From positions 238,604 to 302,603 of the forward strand of contig NW_019091362.1 in NCBI RefSeq assembly GCF_001949145.1: DNA of 64,000 nucleotides, given 5' to 3'. The position numbers and the translations under genes were made by a program. The notes under the pieces were generated by a model. The model had not been told where the DNA came from and searched no databases. It worked only from the letters and a program-made list of their open reading frames with translations. Source of the DNA: Acanthaster planci. Lineage: Eukaryota. Below are positions 38,860 to 52,082 of the stretch, one piece after another (the first letter of the stretch is position 1; each line of letters opens with the position of its first letter).

Positions 38860-38935
38860 GGGCTGGATAGTTCAGTTGGTAGACTACCGGTACGGTATTC
38901 TGGAGGTCACACTAGCTCAAATCCCGCTTCAGTCA
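38860..38935 (+). mobile_element. Degenerate tRNA-derived SINE head or tRNA pseudogene
   Basis: GGCTGGATAGTTCAGTTGGTAGA (A box/D arm) ... GGAGGTC...GCTCAAATCCC (decayed B box); does not fold as an intact tRNA. Confidence 0.55.
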
Positions 38936-40246
38936 ATTTCTTTATTCATCTTTGTAATCATTTATAACCACCTAGTTTCCCTATATAGTTCGTTTCATGG
39001 TTTATTTTCTTTAGATTTACAAAACCTGCAGCGTCTTTCATAAATTAAGCTGTACTCTATTAGCCCAAATGAACAATCATGTTGCAGTATTATTGTTCAA
39101 AACCTTTCACAGTAAAGTTCACGAATACTTGCAACCCATCATCAATTAATTTTTGAGGGCTGCTCTCAGCTGATTGGAGGAGTTGTTATGGGATTGAAGA
39201 CCCCCTGAGCCACTGACCTATGTCAATACTAGTGAAATGAGATGAACATACTTAACAGAATACCAAAGCTATTTATTATATATAACGGGTTTGCCCTTAC
39301 CCAACGTATATTAATAAACACTGTATGCTCAGTGCTTTTTATTATGTTATTCAGAGTGTACGAGAAAATATCAAAATAGATTTCATTATTTTCTGGAAGC
39401 ATGCCCCAGAGATTTCTCAACGTCAGTTCCGAATTAAATTTCAAAGTTTCTGTTAAACTATCTCACAAACCTATTAGTTTACCATCAAAACGTGTGTGAT
39501 CTTCCACTTAGGTTCTTTGCGTACGGGGAGGGGCCTTTTTATGAGTCGGATTACTCAAGTTAGCAACTTTGATGGCCAGATGTGCTTTTTAGAATGATGA
39601 AGTACAACACTACTTCTTTGACTGCATTCATCAGTTTATCGTGTCTGGTAAATGTTCATCCATCGTAGTCTAAACGTACGTTGAACATCGAGAATCCAAG
39701 GTTTTATTTGAAACAGTATGTGTCTAAGCCTCAAGTTATGTACGAGCATGTCACCGTTGGGGGGGGGTAGCCCATACAAAGATGGAATAAAAATGGGAAT
39801 GGAGTGACCATAAATTGCTCGTGCAGTTTTTGCGTATTATGCAAGCCCACACATGCACATGTATAAACTTTCGTCGGTGTAACCTGGATAAACCTTTTCA
39901 GGTGGAACGTGTGGAAACTACAAAGCTCTCTTGCGTATGTACAGTGTCTTTGAAATCAGAAGGGGGTAGCCTTTAAAAACTTCCTCATAGGCTTATTCCA
40001 GCAGGCAGACTATGGACCTAGTATTAATAGCTAAACTTGGTCCTGTATTATCGCTGCGCCCTGACGGGGGCTTGTCCGTGCCGAAACATATTTAAAGCAT
40101 ATTCATATTTACATATTTATTCATCCAAAAAACTAAGACACAGTAAAAAGTAAAAAAGATAACAGAAGAAAAGAAACTTCTGCAAGATCACCCAAAATAG
40201 ACAAAGTTTCTGTCGAGGGGCTGTCCAAACTGTTGACTAAAATGAA

Positions 40247-40461
40247 TACGGATGATTAACAGTAGTGCACCTCCAAGAGTTTGCAACGCGTTGGCCAATC
40301 ACAGTGCGCAAAATCTGTCGACCCTTTCCAAACGTACAATGAGTCGACACCATTGATCTCCGTCTATATATTGGAGATCAATGGTCGACACTGATTTCGC
40401 GTATTGTGATTGATCAACGCGTTGCAAACTGTCTGAGGCGCACTATTGTGAATCGCCCGTA
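40247..40461. mobile_element. ~215-bp palindromic MITE with a nested micro-insert
   Basis: TACGGATGATTAACAGTAGTGCACCTC...GTTTGCAACGCGTTG pairs with CAACGCGTTGCAAAC...GAGGCGCACTATTGTGAATCGCCCGTA. Confidence 0.8.
40351..40383. mobile_element. 33-bp micro-insert with perfect 8-bp TSD (putative P-element excision footprint)
   Basis: GTCGACAC-[CATTGATCTCCGTCTATATATTGGAGATCAATG]-GTCGACAC. Confidence 0.8.
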
Positions 40462-42742
40462 ACCTCGAGGGTACCGTGGAGTACCTTAAATTCGTGCATA
40501 TAAATATCCGTGCATCCAACTTTCTCGTCGTGAAACTCTTGAATGAAATGAGGCACTGACGTTTATTTACTCATGATCAATGATCGATAGTCACTTCGAC
40601 GGTTTTCTTTTTGAAGCTATGTGCGAATTAAAAGCTTTTCCGGGAGAATTCGGGGAAAATGTGAACAGTGCATAAGCCTTACTTACTTTACAGACTAAAA
40701 CAAAAATGAACCGGTCAGGCCTATACCTGTCTAGAAAATGGATAAATGATCGCTGTTCGTTCACGACCGATGTTGGACGTCCGAAAAGGGGGAACTAATG
40801 TCGACATTCGCGAAATATTGAGGGCGTTATCAAAACTGAATATGGAGCCCGAAAAAGTACTGCGCACCTTATATTTTAACATTCCTGTTGGTGACGACAG
40901 GCCCGGATTCGGTTTTTTTTTCAGTAATACCCCTAGAAAGAGAAGTTTTGTCCTATTATCCAGATAAATAACTCTCATAATATTAATGCTAAGTATGATT
41001 TAATTGAAAGAATAAAAATCCCTGCCTCATTGTAACTTCAAATTAAATTAACAAAAATAAATTAGCAAAAGGAAACAGAAAATGATGAGAAGCCAAGTTA
41101 TTGCGACTAAAAGTGTTTTTTTTTCTTCAAACTGCATCACTATATCAGAGTAATTAATGCAAAAAATTCCTCTTTCAAGAAATACGGGTAGATTTTTCAG
41201 AAGCAGGGCATTACTGATGCCCGAAATGACGTTTGCAATGTACGTTCACAAATTATTGTGATGCACATTGACAGCCGATCCGATCTCGTTTACGACGACA
41301 AATTGGTAGATTTAAGGATAAATTTTGGTCAAAGTACTATGTGCGTGAATTATAAAAAAAACCAAAACACACCTCTGCTCTCTCGAAACGCTCTCATTAG
41401 CACTTCTGTAACGTTGATGGCGCTATACTGTTCACTTAATCAAAATGGCGGCCCGCTTGAGGATGTGTTCATACACGTCCCTTACTACTGAGACCCATTT
41501 GTATAAATTGTAAATTGTAGGCCTGCCTTACAAAAGTTGTAAGCCCCTAGGCCTACTTATCTTCATATGTTATTGTAGAGTATTCCCTCACCAACTTAAA
41601 TGTATCTCATGTGAATGCGTTATCTGATTAAGGTAGGTGTACTAACAAATGTAATTCCAATGTTTTCACTCAGGTTTTGGTTTTGTGTTATTGTTAACGT
41701 TATTTCCTGTAGGCCCCTAATAAGGAAACAAAGTCCACTTTCTCAAACTAACTATAACATTTTGACCTTAAGGAACCATTACTCAATCCTGATAGGCCTA
41801 GTTTGGGTAAATTTTGACAATATTTAAGCAAGAAATCTTCAAATTTCTACCCGAGTTTTGCAAAAAACAACCACTCAGTCAAATCACGCCATTTTGTTCT
41901 TCATCCGGTTACCCCTACACAGGCTTTTGGGATTTATCAAAACACATCTCCATCCAGGTCAAGGCACCAGACTACATTTGCTTATTTGTCGTTCACAGCT
42001 ACCTTCAGGGCGGTCTTGTACGCTGCCGTTTTATCCAAACATTTCTCTCAAAAACCAAAGCCCTGTTCTCTTTTCTTTCTGACTTGAAAGAGGACATCAC
42101 CAACAATTTGATTAGATATTTCGAAAAAGTAGAATTTGTTCCCTTATAATAGGAACAGGGTGCTAAAGGTAATGAACCCCATACTATGGGCCCTAGGCCC
42201 CCTAACAGTGCATTAAACACTAAACAGTTACTTAAGTTAGGATGGGTTACTCTGTTATTGCAGTAATTACAACATTTCCCGATCGAAGTAAGGATTGCTA
42301 GCTCACCTTCCTCAATTATCCTGTCCTTGTTTAACGCTTTTTAACTTGATTCAGTAAAATTTGTTTGTGGTTCAATTTATTTTCCTCTACGATGGCCTTT
42401 AAAGCACTTTGTTTATGATTAAATAAACAGAATGATTTAGGGTTCAGAGAAAAGAAAATAACTTCACCTTGTGATGATATTCCATTTTACCTGTAATTGA
42501 CACCATTTTTCCAGTGTCCTCAAAGATTCCACGCACCAAGAGAATGAGATGAGAATAATTACTTTGCATCATGCATCACCTCACACTTATTAATCCCGCA
42601 AGGAATGACTTCATTGTTTCACCAGAACTGTTTTATTCCAAACTTAAATGCAGCAACAACTTTGACAATAATCTTATTATTTAAATTGGTGTCTACAGAA
42701 GGAATAATAAATAGGCTATATGTACATGTAAGTTTATATGTA

Positions 42743-42823
42743 CCCCCAGAACTGTGGGTCCAACGCCCACCCCACTCCCACAAACTGGGAGCACTCGGAC
42801 TTCGGACCCCACAGTTCTGGGGG
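42743..42823. mobile_element. 81-bp MITE flanked by TA (Tc1/mariner-like)
   Basis: TA-CCCCCAGAACTGTGGG ... CCCACAGTTCTGGGGG-TA. Confidence 0.7.
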
Positions 42824-43613
42824 TAGGTCTATACGGGTATCGCAAATTTCATTTTCATGGTGGACCCTTTCTTTTATAGATGTCTGAAACAGTTGATAAA
42901 AATGTCTGCTTTCTGAGTTCTAATTCGTGAAAGTTATTGCTTAGACCAGAACAATTTCATTCAAAATTTATGTTAGAAATTCTAAATGTACATTGCAAAA
43001 TTCTTTAAGTTGTATAAGAAAAGCAAAAACAATTGAGACTTTAAAACAGTCCCAAATCCTCCGATCTCAATATGACTTTACATACACCCTAGGGACTTAG
43101 GGTTAATGCCAACATAATTATTCACTTTTAATTGCCCCAAAGAGTAAAAGTACAATTGATACAAGTCTATTGTAATGGAAATTGGGGGTGCGCTTTATGC
43201 TGGCAAACAGTTTTCCAGCGCTGAAGCCCTTATTATGATTCTTTTGTGGTTAAAATGTGTCTTTAGACACCTTTGACATATGGAAATCCAGCAATGTACA
43301 TGTATATGTCCAAGGGTAGGGCGATGTTAAAAGAGATATTGAATGGTAGGTAATGACTGACACAGTGAAGGAATTTGCAATTTTCGTAAAAATTAAATCT
43401 TTTATTAAAACTAGAACTCACTGGCTACGCAACATTCAAAATTTTGATACCGCGATAATAGAGTTACCATTACCGCAATGATATAGGAACCAAGTATACA
43501 TGACTTAGGATACATATTGTTTATTCATATTCATTCATAGTCATAGGCCCCTACCATGCCCATGCCGATCAAGTTAATGAGTCCGGCCATGGAGCTACAC
43601 TCATCTGCAAAAG

Positions 43614-43771
43614 CTTTGGGCCAGTTTGTTTCACTTGGATCTGGATCATGATCAGTGGTCTGTCATTGGTTCACTGACACCAAAACCCACCTACATTGTA
43701 ATGGATGGAGCAAACCAGTGATAGGATGAAAGATTGAGATTCAGAACCGAGTGAAACACACTGGCCCAAAG
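43614..43771. mobile_element. ~160-bp inverted-repeat MITE
   Basis: CTTTGGGCCAGTTTGTTTCACT ... AGTGAAACACACTGGCCCAAAG. Confidence 0.7.
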
Positions 43772-46186
43772 ATAATCATAGAATATAGGGCCATGCAAGA
43801 ACCATGTTTTTGTAGGTGATGGTTGTGCAGTAGGGTTGGACTATGGGATTCCGATTTGGGAATGTGAGATTGTCTAGTAACCGTAAAATGTATGGCCACA
43901 TGCGAATATACTTCCTACAATCACTGGTAACAATGTTGAAAGAGTTCTTTTTGAGAATGAAGCAACATGGAATGAATGGGGATGGTTGAAAAGTTGTAAG
44001 TCCAAACTGAGTACCTGGTTGGTGATGTCGAGAGAGAGTGAATTTTTCCATTGTTACACACAAGAGAAATCCAACAGATCTGGTACATGTACCAGAAGAA
44101 CCAGAAAGGACAGCCCCACACTATAGTCCCTGACATTCTTAAATTTTTTGGTGGTGTACAGTTCATAACTTGAGAGTCAAGAGGGCATCCTATAATGCAT
44201 AAACAAAAGTTTGTGCCCAGAAAATGAGCAGTGTCACATACAACAGTACACGACATGCCACCTGTGCATTCCTATTTTTGCTCAAAAGGTTTTTCTATTA
44301 ATTAATTGAATAAGAAAAATTGTCACGTGTTAAAACTGATGAAAGCCAAGGTATTAATAGTTTTTTCATCCAAATTTTTTTGGTGCAAAATTTCATTCTT
44401 GTTTTCAATAATTCAGACACAAACATGTACTTTGTGTTGGAAATATGTTGCAATGCACATTCAGCCTTAATACACATTTACAGGCACAATCCAAAATGAC
44501 ACATTTCAGAAAAGTCTTTTGCCGTGGTAGTGCAACATACACAGGTGTCACAGTTTTTATACAATTGTATTAGAAAACATTCAAATTTCCCCCAAAATCA
44601 TTCTTTCTTGCCTCCTCAACCTCCTTTTAAGTAGGTTTTCTCCAAAAAATGTTCGAAGTTAGGGGGAAAAATAATTTTTTGATTCATAACTTCTCCCTAG
44701 AGGATCATTTTACTACCTTCAAAATACCCCAAAGAGGTCAAAGGTTGGTAACATCCAAAAGCTTGTTTCATTCTTAGTCCCAATCTTGCGAGATGGTTTT
44801 ACACAAACTGAACTCTGGAGGAAAAATGAAAATATGACATCGCACAAAATCAAAATGGCCGGGTGTATGTACAGCACTTGTATCATGATTATTTAGACCT
44901 TACATTCCGTACCACATACGTAGGATACTGGTGACAGCGTATTTGAAATAGATGTGGCAATTTTTGGATAGACTGTAGACAGGAGTGAGTTTGAATCTTG
45001 TTTCTGTCTTGAGTCTTTGAATCCTTATCCTGCTAATGTATTCAGCTATACAAGGATGGTGCAGGAGTGACGTCACAGGCAAGGTGCATGTGAGAAATAA
45101 AGGTGAAGAACAGGTGCCGAACAAATATTGCAGATGAAGACAATGACAAAAAAATTCAGGGTGCGGATGAAAAACTTTGTGAACCTACAGGTGGCTTTAT
45201 CCGTCAGATGACTTGTAGCATGACTTCCTGGAAACTAGTTTTGGAAAGTGGCAGCACAGCAGTTTCTGGGAGCTGGTTCCACATTCGAATGGATCATGGG
45301 TGGCAGGAATATTTGTATGAGTCTATAAATGCATCTAGTACACTGAACTTCAGCTGATGGTCATATCTTATATTCTCTTGTCCTGCCACACTTAAATTAT
45401 TCCGTTGTCACCTGGGGTGACAATGAATTAATCACAAGCATTGTATCGTAATTTGTAAACTGTGTGTTAATTACTGTTAGCCTTGTATGTGGTTATATTG
45501 TTCAGTCCCTCTGTAAAATTGTTCTTAGTCTGTAAAAAGGTTTTGGGAACAAAAGCATTTTGCTTCACTGAATATCTAACATTCCTTAATCACCTTCACA
45601 TGTCATATGAACTTCATTAGGGTAAAATCTGTTTATGTTAATGTAGACCCTAATGTTGTCAATATCCTTTTTCTTAAACTTGTATTGAGGTGACCAAGTA
45701 CATGACGTTGAAATAAGTGTTCAGAAGTAAAAAAAAGTCAAATTTTCCTGTCATGCGGTCACGCTGTCATCATTGGATGCCATCAGCCGATCTGTGTAAC
45801 GGCTTGATCTTTGTGTGATCAGTTGACCTTACTAGATTTGTGGATAATTATGCCATCAGCCGATTGGTTTTCTTTCCAATTCATGGCTGCAGAAGATGTT
45901 TCAAAACAGGCATGACAGGGATGTGATGTGATAATGCCCACTGTGTGAAAACGCAGTTTAATCCATTTCTTGGTCAAGTGTCTATGTGCACTCTGGCATA
46001 CAGAACTCACTATGCACGTGCGCCAAGTCCATACAAGAAGATTCTTCTCTGGACTACTTGCTCAAGGAATATTCCATTCAGTGGATAGGGATATTCAGAA
46101 AAACGAAAGTGAAATTCCTCAACAAAATCCATGGAAATCGTATATTGACTTCTTTGGACTCTCCGACTAAAAGGGGATTTGCATGT

Positions 46187-46342
46187 ATGAATGGGAATAA
46201 GTACATGTATGTGCTTGGTTGTCTTCAACTAACATTTAAGGCTGGCTCAGGAGAATGAACCCTGATAATGCCTTCACCTGCAGCTCGGGAGTAGTTGTGT
46301 CCATGCTCCTTAATTAAACGCACATTTAAGACTGGCTAAGCA
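46187..46342 (+). repeat. Dispersed ~155-bp repeat, copy 1 (copy 2 at 55756-55912)
   Basis: ATGAATGGGAATAA...GTGCTTGG...CTGATAAT.CC.TCACCTG...TAAGACTGGC.AAGCA shared; short inverted termini. Confidence 0.75.
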
Positions 46343-46519
46343 TGTACTTTTTCCCTTATTATACTGTAGTACATGTACACTCGACATATGTTAATAATTT
46401 CAGTCAGTAGTTGATTTTTGTGTCTTTGTTTTACTATGTTTTCATTGACATGATCTCATTTTGTTTTAACAAGGCATTACATATACATGGCATAGTTGTC
46501 ATGTCTCTCATGTGACAAG

Positions 46520-49500
46520 ATGGAGTCACAAGCAATTGAAGATCAACCCTGTGTTATTCTGGAAGACGATGAAGACACCCACAACCTTAGTCCCAAGTCA
46601 GAGCCTCGCAGTCCATTGTCAGCTAAAATGGATCATCGTAATCAGCCTAATGCTAGTGAAATAGTGGACGAACAGTCGGTGACTGGCCAGGATGAGCCAC
46701 TTCGATATCAGTGTACGGAGTGTGACTTCCATTCGACCAGCTCTCATCAGTTGGAAAAACATATCAGAACACACACGGGTACGTGGATATCAATGCAAAG
46801 TATTGGCCCTTCATGTGAAAGTCCAGCAAGTTGTGTCCAAAATTACTGCAAAAAGTACAATTTAAGCAACACTCACAAAAAAATATACCCAGTCAAACTT
46901 TCAGCATGTTGTTGTGTTATGCTGGTGTATATTAAATACGTGTAGTTTGTTCTTTGGTGTAAAGCGATTTTTGACATTTTATTTTGTTTCATTCATTAAA
47001 ATGCATCAAAAACAGAGAAAAGCCCACGGATTGCCCCAAAGTGAAATCACTATACTAAGAACTGTCGTCACAAACAAAAGCCAAGACAATACATTACAAA
47101 TAAAAAAGACCATGAGACATTCTAATACATGCAATAATCATAATGATAGTTATCAACATGATATTTTAGGGTTAACTTCTTAAATGTTCTGGTAGTGATT
47201 TGCTTAAATGGCAGTCCTTAAAACTCTAAAATTCATAGACCTTCAGTTGCTGTAATTCTGTTGCTTAATCTTCTAGTGATCTGTGATTTATTTCATAATA
47301 GATCATTTCATTTCATCCTCAGGTGAGCGTCCATATTCCTGCACTATTTGTGGTTTTGCGTTCTCCCAGAAAGGCAACCTAACCCGTCACTTCCGCACCC
47401 ACTCCGATGAGCGTCCTTTCCAGTGCCCTGTCTGCCATTACAGCGCACGCAGAAAGGACGCCCTCATTGCTCACCTGGATACGCATCGTCAGGAACGTCT
47501 CAATGTTTGCCCCTACTGCAATACAGCCTACAAACAGAAGGCATCACTGAAGTACCATCTGAAGAGGTGTGGCTATCAGAAAATGGGCGGACCCCTCAAT
47601 CAGGTAGATGGTCACGGGTCATCATCCACATCAGATCCTTTTTCATTGTATGAAGGTATGAGATTTATTCAGTCAGAACAACTTTGTATGAAATAACAAC
47701 TAACATGAGATTTTAGATCTCCACATTGGACGTACAGTCAGTGAAGTGTCTTTTGTGGCATCCAAAATCCATGGAAAGTGTTTTGGAATTAAACTTTTAA
47801 TGACATGAAGTATACTTTGTTAGTATATTTTGTCAGTTCCGTCTACAGAGTCAAATATTTGGTGCTCATTTTCTGTTTTGATAGGAGTTCGATTAGAACA
47901 TGGTGGGGGACCATCTTTCTCTGATAATCTGAGATCTCCATCAGATGTTGAAGTGGAACTTGCCGAGTGTGATCACGGAAAAAGAATTAAATTCAGTCAT
48001 GGTGAGAATACACAAAGTGTTAATTTCCTTAAATTGTCTATTTCACTACAATTTCAGAATGTCAGTATTGAGTACATGTACATGTATGCCATATAATCAG
48101 ATTGCTAGAAACATCCAACGTAAATTGAACACAGGCACAATTTGTAAGTGTGGTTTTCTTTGGAATGTTTTAATCTGTATGTAAATGCTGTATGTCTTGT
48201 AGATGAGGAGTCATCTCGAGATTCAAGCCAAGACAGGAACAGTGGTTTAACAGACACAGCTAGCAATGAGGTATTTCCCATTCTTTCCTTTGGAAGCACT
48301 GAATCCTTTCAACATTGGACCTATCCTTGTAGCATCAGTACCACTCTCATGTGAGTGTTCAACTGCAGGTGTATTTGAATTTTAGGATTTAAGTCACAAC
48401 ACACCCTACTGGTTGAATGCCCCTGTCCTTCCTGCATACCTGCCAACCTGTCGTACTCCTTCCTGAGGTCAGGCATCCCCACATAATAGATTAGAATTTG
48501 AAATGAACTGATGGCTCATTTAAATACCTTTTAATCTGTTGTGTGGTATAGCCTGACCTCAGGAAGGAGTACGACAGGTTGGCAGGCCTGCACCTGCGGT
48601 CACGTTTGGTGCTAAAGTGGTAATGGACATCAGTTCTGGTCATCAGAATAGTAGAATCTATCAATGGCTGACAACAGTGGATTAGACCACCATTGTTGAA
48701 GATTGTTGTCATACATAAATAGAACATGTAATAGTCTGATGTTATATGTCATTACAGTCTTATATTTTCAACTTAGTGAGGAAACTTTTTTCCCATATGT
48801 AGGACTTGGAAAAAGCTCTATCTAACGTCATGCAGATGTATGGTTCAGAGATGTGCTTGACAAACCGTGCCAGTACGAGCCTTGAAGGAAACATTCATGT
48901 GACACCTACAATAACTGCAGTCTACTCACAAGCACCTATGGATGCAGAACGAGAGACAGAAAACCCCCAACTTCCCTCCAAGAATCAGCCTCCTGCAAGG
49001 AACCAGATGTCACCTTCAACAAATAAACACAGCGACCACTCATCAGCTCTAAGGTACAGAGGCACCATTGATTTGAACAAAACGAGGGATTTCTTGAACA
49101 AAAGTTCCTTGGTTTCTCACGGTAAGACTGGAGCCATGCAAGGGGTGGCAGTCCAAGATGGTCTTGATGGCGGTAGTGAGACAAGCGAGTCAAATGACAG
49201 TTTGAGTCACCATGACGAGCCAGTCGCTTCCTCGAGCCACGGACACTTGCGTCAGAAGCCACACAGTTCCACTCGCCCCAGCAAAATCCAAGACAAGGCC
49301 GACTCTACCGAAACAGTCAACGTAAAATCGCCAGCTTATGATTCTCAACAGCACAGAAATCCAAGAAGAGCTGTCGCTGACGAGTCAGGGGAACAACTCT
49401 GCAGAAATTGCAAACGGGAGCTCTCAGGTGCCGACAACTTCAAATGTGAACACTGTGAGATCATATTCCTTGATCATGTCATGTATACCATTCACATGGG

Positions 49501-49603
49501 TTGTCATGGTTTTCGTGATCCATTTGAGTGCAATATCTGTGGGCATCAGTGTAAAGATCGATACGAGTTTGCTTCACATCTTGCAAGAGGCAAACATTTG
49601 TAG
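46520..49603 (+). CDS. IKZF1: Ikaros-family zinc-finger transcription factor, ~525 aa. Exons: 46520-46778, 47323-47655, 47885-48001, 48203-48270, 48803-49603; the true start may be further upstream
   Basis: Four N-terminal fingers including [20 protein letters not shown] and CCHC-type [29 protein letters not shown] conserved block; C-terminal dimerisation pair [35 protein letters not shown]...[18 protein letters not shown] phases consistent. Probably co-orthologous to IKZF1-4. Confidence 0.92.
48435..48590. mobile_element. 156-bp hAT-like MITE with ~40-bp TIRs in an Ikaros intron
   Basis: CCTGCCAACCTGTCGTACTCCTTCCTGAGGTCAGGC is perfectly inverted at 48551-48586. Confidence 0.85.
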
Positions 49604-52082
49604 GCTAAACATATTTTATAGCATATACGTATGTTTTGAAAGCAACTCTATTTACATTTTTTTTCATTTCCTTTTTTCTGTGAACCCAGAGTTTTGAAGG
49701 TGTGCCATTTTTAGATTTATGTTGAAATTTGTTCACTCCCACTCATGGCTTCAGAGCATTTCTCTTTTGTGGTTCCAATTCTCAAACACTGCAGAAAGAA
49801 CAGAGCTCCCAGAATGGTGTCAAAGAGTATGATAAAATCATCTTTGTGTTGGCTTTTTTTTAGTGCTTATAATTTATTTATTTTGAGGTATTCACTATGA
49901 TTTATAAAAAGCATGAATATGAAATATGTTAGCTGATACAATTGGTAATATGCGGAAGCAAACTGCAGAACATTTTTCAGAATTTTGCATGAAAAGTAAA
50001 TTTTATGGGTAAAGTGGAAAGTATTGAAGTTGAACATGTATGGATACCAAGAATGACCTGGTAGAAACATCTAGGTCGCTTCCTACATGTATGACATAAT
50101 GGCTCAGCAGTATTTGACAGGCTAAAAAAGCCCTTTCACGTGATATTGTTGCTATAAGTGACCAGAATACAAGAGCATTTCTTTAATGAGACTTGTTTGT
50201 TGTCAGGGTTGATTTCACTGCAGTATTAGAAAGGTACTAGTAAAAACATGGGTACCTGTACTGATAAAATATTTTCGGGGGGGGGGGTCAAAGCACTCAG
50301 CAGCAACCTGACAAGCCATCAGTAGGGAAATGGGCCGATTCTGAATTAAAGAATTTCTTCGTAAATTGGAATTCACGTTCATACATGTAACTTGCATCCC
50401 AAATTGGAAGTGAAGAAATAACAATACCTAGTCCCTTGTACTGCATGTGTGCTCATCCATGGCTTAATAATTCCCTTGTTTGTGACTCGTGTGGGCTCAA
50501 CAAACAGGAATTTCTCATTTTTTTCAAGTACATGTATCGCACACTGGGAAAAAGTCAAAATCAGATCAGACGAGCGATGCTGTGCGGTGGTACTGTATTT
50601 TTCTCTGTTACTTTCAAAATAAATCATTCTACCACTTGTTTTGCCCCCCCCCATAATTTTGTCACCAATAACATGCATAAGATTGTGAAGGTAAGATTAA
50701 GGCATGGCCTTTCAAGCAAATAAAACATAATTTTCAAATAAGCTTTCACAATGATTTTTGAGTGGCGAATGAAATGTACAAGGCTGGCTGACAAGCACTG
50801 CATTACTGAGACAATGACTATCATTTGGATCACGTGAGGGCGCACTACTTTAAATATTTACTTGGCGATGTTTCTGCATATAGTACCCTTGGCATACTTA
50901 CTAGACCAAACTAGTAACGGACCCGTATCGAGAAGTTTATACTCTGGGCGGTTTTTAAGTAACATTTTACCCTTTACCTTTCATATTTTGAGAAGCCTGT
51001 CGGTGAATTTGGAGATGTTTTGTTGAGTCATTGTTTTGTAAGTTTGTTGGGAAAGAGTTCCGTATAGCCTGTACTACGGCCAAAACATGTATCCAAAATG
51101 GATATGCCCTCATGCTGGGTCCAATGATGAGTGAAAGTAGATCTTCAAACTGGAATCAACGGGTACTATAACAAATCTTCAAGTTTTTCATCAGTAACAT
51201 TAAGGGGGGTTAAGAACGTCTGTTTTAAATGTAGTTTTCACTCCTCAGTGTAGAGAATTAAGTAGGCCTTTGGCCTATTACTTTCTTTTGCCTGCACCCG
51301 CTGGTCATGCTGCTTCAAACCAACTTTAGAGTTGAGGCCGAATATCGAAGGGAGCAACTTTATTAAGGGAACTATTCTATTAAAGAAAACAAAACATTTT
51401 ATTTTTGGTTACGTGCAGAACATTATATTAAAATCTTTCTTTCCTAAAAGCATGTTGATAAGTGATTCTATTTTTCGTCTGTCTATTGAGTGTGCTGATG
51501 GAGTGACTTTGCGTGCCTTTAAGCTTTGAGGAAACGTCACTTTGGCCTGGTCATGCCGTGGCCTTACAGTGATTGTTCTAGCCAGATAGTAAGTAAGAGT
51601 AAGTGCGCAGGAACTTTGAGCAAACATGAATGGAAGGGGGTATCGGCCGATTTGGGAAAGGAGTAATACACTTATCTCCCCAGGTCCATTAAAAGTTGGT
51701 GTCGGTGCATTTCTGGCGCATGGGCACCGATGAAACTTGAATATTGGTTGTGGTTATGAGATGTGTACCGATCTGATCGCATCCTTGACGAGCAGAGCAA
51801 AAACTCTTATACGCCAGCATTTTGCTTGAGTCTGTACCGTACCACTGAGTCCCTACATTCGAAACGCCCACAATTTGGCGGGAATTTCTTCCACGCCCCG
51901 GATGATGTCTGGCTTCCAGTCTCGCAATATGGGTGTTTGAATAATTAGTATCCCTTGCACCAGGCTTACCATTGAGGTCATTTGTTGACTGACGTGGGAC
52001 GAGCAAGCGCAGCCGGCCGAGCCAGATGCCAGACCAGGTGTTCTTTAACTTCAAGGAATCTCCAAAACATTGTTGATTGATC

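Noticed and set aside
38860..38935. Functional tRNA gene
   Set aside because: T-loop and stems are degenerate; treated as a SINE head or pseudogene
41441..45075. YY1-like CAAAATGGCGGC and TGACGTCA sites upstream of Ikaros
   Set aside because: Isolated short motifs without TSS evidence
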